64,000 bases of DNA from Alphaproteobacteria bacterium (GTDB taxonomy: Bacteria > Myxococcota_A > UBA796 > CAJQPC01), in contig JACKEV010000010.1 of NCBI GenBank assembly GCA_020632795.1, positions 31,127 through 95,126 on the forward strand, read 5' to 3'. The translations under genes were made by a program, and so were the position numbers. How positions within the stretch are numbered: the first letter of the stretch is position 1; every line of letters starts with the position of its first letter. Shown piece after piece: positions 58,358 through 64,000 of the stretch. The notes beneath the pieces were generated by a model that saw nothing but the letters and a program-made list of their open reading frames with translations, searched no databases and was not told the DNA's origin.

Positions 58358-59371
58358 TCAGGGCTCCAGGCGGTCGAAGTTGCAGTTCAGCAGGTTGCAG
58401 CTCCGCTCACAGCGGCTGACCTCCCAGCGCCGCCGCAGGGTCTTCGGGGCGTCCCAGATGGCGAACAGCGGGGCCATGTCGAACACCGTGGCGACCGGCT
58501 CCAGGAAGTAGCACATGCGGATGTTGCCGTGGGGGTCGAAGGAGAGGTCGCTGTGGCCGGCCTTGCAGGTCAGGCCGTTGAAGACGTCGGGCTTGGCGAA
58601 GTAGCCCTTCATGGCGATGAGCTGGCCGGCGGCGTTGCACACCGGGCCGCCCCGGCGGCGCTCCGCGATGAGCACGTCGAGGGCCTCGTCGATGGGCCCG
58701 AGGTCGGTCGGCCACAGCGGCGAGGTCTTGAACCAGTCGGGGTCGTAGGCGTTGTCCCCGAAGTTCTGGTAGAGCGGCTGCACCACGAGCTGGTAGCCCC
58801 GGGCCTTCACCAGCTCCAGCAGCGCGGGGATCTCGGCGGCGTTGTGCCCGTTGAGGATGCAGGTGACCACCACCCGGGGGTTGGGGTGGCGGTCGAAGCG
58901 GTCGAAGGCCTCCTGGCACTTCTGCCAGCTCCCCTTGCGGCCCCGGGAGTGGTCCACGGTGGCCTCGCGGGCGCCGTCCATCGAGATGTAGGCGATGGAG
59001 ACGCCGGCCTCGTGGATGGCGCGGGCGCGATCGTCAGTGACCAGCCAGGCGTTCGTGTTGAAGGTGACCTCGTTGCCCAGGTTGACGCTGTGGGCCATCA
59101 GGGACTCGAGGTCCTTGCGCAGCAGGGGCTCGCCCCCCACGAAGTTGGTGGCCACCGGGCCCAGCCAGGCCGCGAGGCGGTCCAGGGTGTCTCTCCAGAC
59201 CTCGCCGGGCAGGTCGGGGGTCTTGTTCTTCCAGATGTCGCAGTGCAGGCAGGGCAGGAAGCAGCGGTCGGTGACCGAGAGGTGGATCTGGGTGGGGCGG
59301 CCCGGGGCCCGGCGCAGGCGCGCCCGGTCCAGGGCGGCGTTGACCGGGCGGCTGGCCCCGGGGCGGATCAC
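58358..59371 (-). CDS. Radical SAM/SPASM-domain enzyme (second of a tandem pair)
   Basis: GTG in GTGA overlap with the upstream rSAM stop. 'DRCFLPCLHCDIW' CxxxCxxC motif. C-terminal Cys-rich 'CNAAGQLIAMKGYFAKPDVFNGLTCKAG…MCYF…CERSCNLLNCNF' (SPASM/twitch). The Arg/Pro-rich N-terminal extension in the track ORF is rejected. Confidence 0.8.
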   Translation of the reverse strand: MIRPGASRPVNAALDRARLRRAPGRPTQIHLSVTDRCFLPCLHCDIWKNKTPDLPGEVWRDTLDRLAAWLGPVATNFVGGEPLLRKDLESLMAHSVNLGNEVTFNTNAWLVTDDRARAIHEAGVSIAYISMDGAREATVDHSRGRKGSWQKCQEAFDRFDRHPNPRVVVTCILNGHNAAEIPALLELVKARGYQLVVQPLYQNFGDNAYDPDWFKTSPLWPTDLGPIDEALDVLIAERRRGGPVCNAAGQLIAMKGYFAKPDVFNGLTCKAGHSDLSFDPHGNIRMCYFLEPVATVFDMAPLFAIWDAPKTLRRRWEVSRCERSCNLLNCNFDRLEP

Positions 59372-60519
59372 GGCGCCTTCCGGCGGTCGTCCCAGCGGTC
59401 GTCCCAGCGGTCGTCCCAACGGTCGTCCCAACGGGCGTCGTGGGCGGCCTGGGCGGCGATCTCGTTGGGTGAAAGCTCGCTGTAGTTCGCGCTCCTGGGG
59501 ATGAAGCAGGTCGCGCAGGTGGGCAGGCCGCCGTAGTCGCCTTGGGCCACCCGGGCGCGGCGCCCGGCCATCTCCTGCCCCCACCACAGCGCCGAGAAGG
59601 GCGCTTCCGCCAAGCTGCCGACCCGGTTGTGCAGCAGGTTGTCCCGGGTGCAGACGGTGACGTCCCCCAGCCAGCCCACCACCGGGGACTTCCAGAAGCC
59701 CGAGCAGGCCGTCGCGTTGTGGGCCTGGACCGCCTCGGGGGACTGCGCCGGCCGGGGCAGCGCCAGCCCCTCGGCGGCCATCGCGCGGCGGAAGACGGCG
59801 TTCTGGCGGGCCTGCTCCTCGGCCGTGGGGCAGTCGAGCTGGCGGAAGAACACCACCGCGTCCTCGCCGGGGGGGACGTTCTGGGCCGCCGCGCGCACCG
59901 GCAGCCCGGCCCGCGCGCAGGCCGACGTCCAGCGGCGGCGGAACACCGGGACCTCGGCCTCGTTGCGGTCGGAGACGATGAACTGGAAGACGGGCCGAGG
60001 CCAGCGCGCCCCCAGCCGGCCCTTCTCGGCCACGAAGCGGGCCACGTTGGCCTCGACCGGCTCGAAGCGGTCCAGGCCCTTGATCTGCAGGTAGGTGTCC
60101 TGCCGGGCGGCGTCCAGGGAGAAGTGCCAGACCTGGCGCACGGCGGCGTCGTTCAGGGCCAGGCGCACCCGGTCGGCGGTGAGGTGGGTGCCGTTGGTGT
60201 GGACCTCGACCTGGCCGAAGGTGCCGCGCTCGGCGGCCAGGCGCAGGGCCTCCCGGTAGATGGGCCCGAAGTGGGGGTGCAGCAGGGGCTCGCCCAACCA
60301 GAACAGGATCAGGGCGTCGAAGCGGGCGCCGGTCTCGGCCAGATCCCGGTAGAGGTCGAGCACGAGCGCCGGGTCGATGTAGCCGGTGCGGGTGTGGTGC
60401 TCGTGCCCCGCCTCGCTGACCGAGCAGTGCACGCAGGCCAGGGAGCAGCGGTTGGTCAGCTCGATGACCAGGTAGCTGCCGGGCAGCGCGGGCGGGGGGC
60501 AGGAGACGTTCATGTCCAC
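59368..60519 (-). CDS. Radical SAM/SPASM-domain enzyme with C-terminal (WDDR)4 repeat tail
   Basis: 'NRCSLACVHCSV' CxxxCxxC motif. SPASM 'CSGFWKSPVVGWLGDVTVCTRDN…GGLPTCATCFIP'. C-terminus '…ARWDDRWDDRWDDRWDDRRKAP'. Confidence 0.85.
   Translation of the reverse strand: MDMNVSCPPPALPGSYLVIELTNRCSLACVHCSVSEAGHEHHTRTGYIDPALVLDLYRDLAETGARFDALILFWLGEPLLHPHFGPIYREALRLAAERGTFGQVEVHTNGTHLTADRVRLALNDAAVRQVWHFSLDAARQDTYLQIKGLDRFEPVEANVARFVAEKGRLGARWPRPVFQFIVSDRNEAEVPVFRRRWTSACARAGLPVRAAAQNVPPGEDAVVFFRQLDCPTAEEQARQNAVFRRAMAAEGLALPRPAQSPEAVQAHNATACSGFWKSPVVGWLGDVTVCTRDNLLHNRVGSLAEAPFSALWWGQEMAGRRARVAQGDYGGLPTCATCFIPRSANYSELSPNEIAAQAAHDARWDDRWDDRWDDRWDDRRKAP
59384..59431. repeat. 12-bp x4 tandem repeat (cggtcgtcccag/a) encoding (WDDR)4 on the minus strand
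   Basis: Direct reading of 'cggtcgtcccagcggtcgtcccagcggtcgtcccaacggtcgtcccaa'. Confidence 0.85.
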
Positions 60520-60542
60520 AGTGTCTGCATTTTATCGTCAGT

Positions 60543-60851
60543 TCACGATGATGGCGGCGCGGCCGGCTTCATGAGCGCGAACCCTGCGAAGACCACCAGG
60601 TACGCGGCCAGCTCGATCAGGGTGAACGCGAAGCGGATGCCCTCGGCGAGGTGCAGGCTCGCGCTGTAGAGCTCGGCCCCGAAGATCGTCCAGAGGGCCT
60701 GGGAGAACGCCCCCGACAGAAGCAGCACGCCGAAGCCCCCCGCCAGCAGGAAGCGGGGCAGGTTCGGCCGCACGAAGATGACGGCGGCCGCCAGAGCGGC
60801 GAGCTGCAGCGCCAGGTAGAGCAGGCCGATCAAGCTGCTGACGACGCTCAC
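60543..60851 (-). CDS. Small 3-TM membrane protein (102 aa)
   Basis: Three hydrophobic helices. 4-bp overlap with the upstream small membrane gene and 24 bp upstream of rSAM gene 1. Same strand, operon-like. Confidence 0.5.
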   Translation of the reverse strand: MSVVSSLIGLLYLALQLAALAAAVIFVRPNLPRFLLAGGFGVLLLSGAFSQALWTIFGAELYSASLHLAEGIRFAFTLIELAAYLVVFAGFALMKPAAPPSS

Positions 60852-61162
60852 TCCGCACCTCCGGTCAGCCGGCCAGCCAGGGCGACGCCGACGACGACGC
60901 CGAACGCCGCCACCACCGAGCAGCCGTGGAGGCCCACGCCGACCCCCGGGGCCCAGTCGTGGGACCAGACGTTCGCCAGCCCGAAGGCGACATAGGTCAC
61001 CCCGATGAGGGCGAAGAAGGCGAAGCCCAGCGCGGCAGGCAGGGCGGCGAGGGGGTGGCTGCGGAAGCGGAACATCAGCGCCGCAGCGCAGAGGAGCTGC
61101 ACCGCCGCGATGCCCACCTGCACGACACCGTCGAGCACGCTCCAGATCACATACGAGTCCAT
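60848..61162 (-). CDS. Small 3-TM membrane protein (104 aa)
   Basis: Three hydrophobic helices. First gene of the four-gene minus-strand operon, 38 bp downstream of the histidine kinase gene end. Confidence 0.5.
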   Translation of the reverse strand: MDSYVIWSVLDGVVQVGIAAVQLLCAAALMFRFRSHPLAALPAALGFAFFALIGVTYVAFGLANVWSHDWAPGVGVGLHGCSVVAAFGVVVGVALAGRLTGGAE

Positions 61163-61199
61163 GAAGGTCCCTTCTTGGAGGTTGACCCTCCGTCTTAGC

Positions 61200-64000
<2,801 letters not shown>

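Noticed and set aside
59372-59587. N-terminal extension 'MVGAGDGRAPRPGGPRRLRR…PLGRPLGRPLGRP' of the second rSAM ORF
   Set aside because: Arg/Pro-rich and overlapping the C-terminus of rSAM gene 1 by 216 bp. A GTG start at the GTGA junction gives a conventional rSAM N-terminus. It is kept as an open point in the finding on the 12-bp tandem repeat (59368-59431).

Overview
This is a 64 kb, roughly 70% GC segment of bacterial chromosome with about 58 protein-coding genes on both strands; I found no rRNA, tRNA, CRISPR array, transposase or integrase by eye. Taxonomy is inferred, not proven: Cys/Asp-rich 'DCDDxDxxxxPGAxExCDGxDNDCDG' lipoprotein repeats (MopE-like putative metal-binding motif), AgmX/PglI-type C-terminal domains and the very high GC point to Myxococcota. 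Core genes are map, hemB, cysS, pyrC, murJ and a Znu/Tro-type metal ABC uptake operon. The rest is accessory-looking, and the main points of interest are these. (1) A full-length bacterial homolog of the eukaryotic major vault protein (30836-33166, minus strand). It is bracketed by two inverted paralogous lipoprotein genes that carry MopE-like repeats plus a fibrinogen-like C-terminal domain, and a VIT-domain protein and a WD40 protein lie a few kb away. (2) An operon encoding a hypothetical protein, an RRE-containing radical SAM/SPASM enzyme and a formylglycine-generating-enzyme (FGE/SUMF1)-fold protein, followed by a standalone protoglobin. (3) A KAP-family P-loop NTPase with an N-terminal death-like/effector-associated helical domain, divergent from a DUF2141 gene and convergent with an Rpn-family PD-(D/E)XK nuclease; this looks like a conflict/defence module. 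(4) A four-gene operon of two small three-TM membrane proteins and two tandem radical SAM/SPASM enzymes. A 12-bp x4 tandem repeat encodes a C-terminal (WDDR)4 tail on the first enzyme and spans a GTGA stop/start overlap. (5) An AT-rich 17-bp perfect inverted repeat (43 bp total), unusual in this GC-rich background, immediately upstream of a DUF2147-fatty acid hydroxylase-MarR operon; I read it as a MarR operator. (6) Six GTGA stop/start overlaps with GTG starts, a recurrent translational-coupling pattern. Many long ORFs in the six-frame track are Arg/Pro/Gly-rich antisense artefacts of the high GC content and were rejected.
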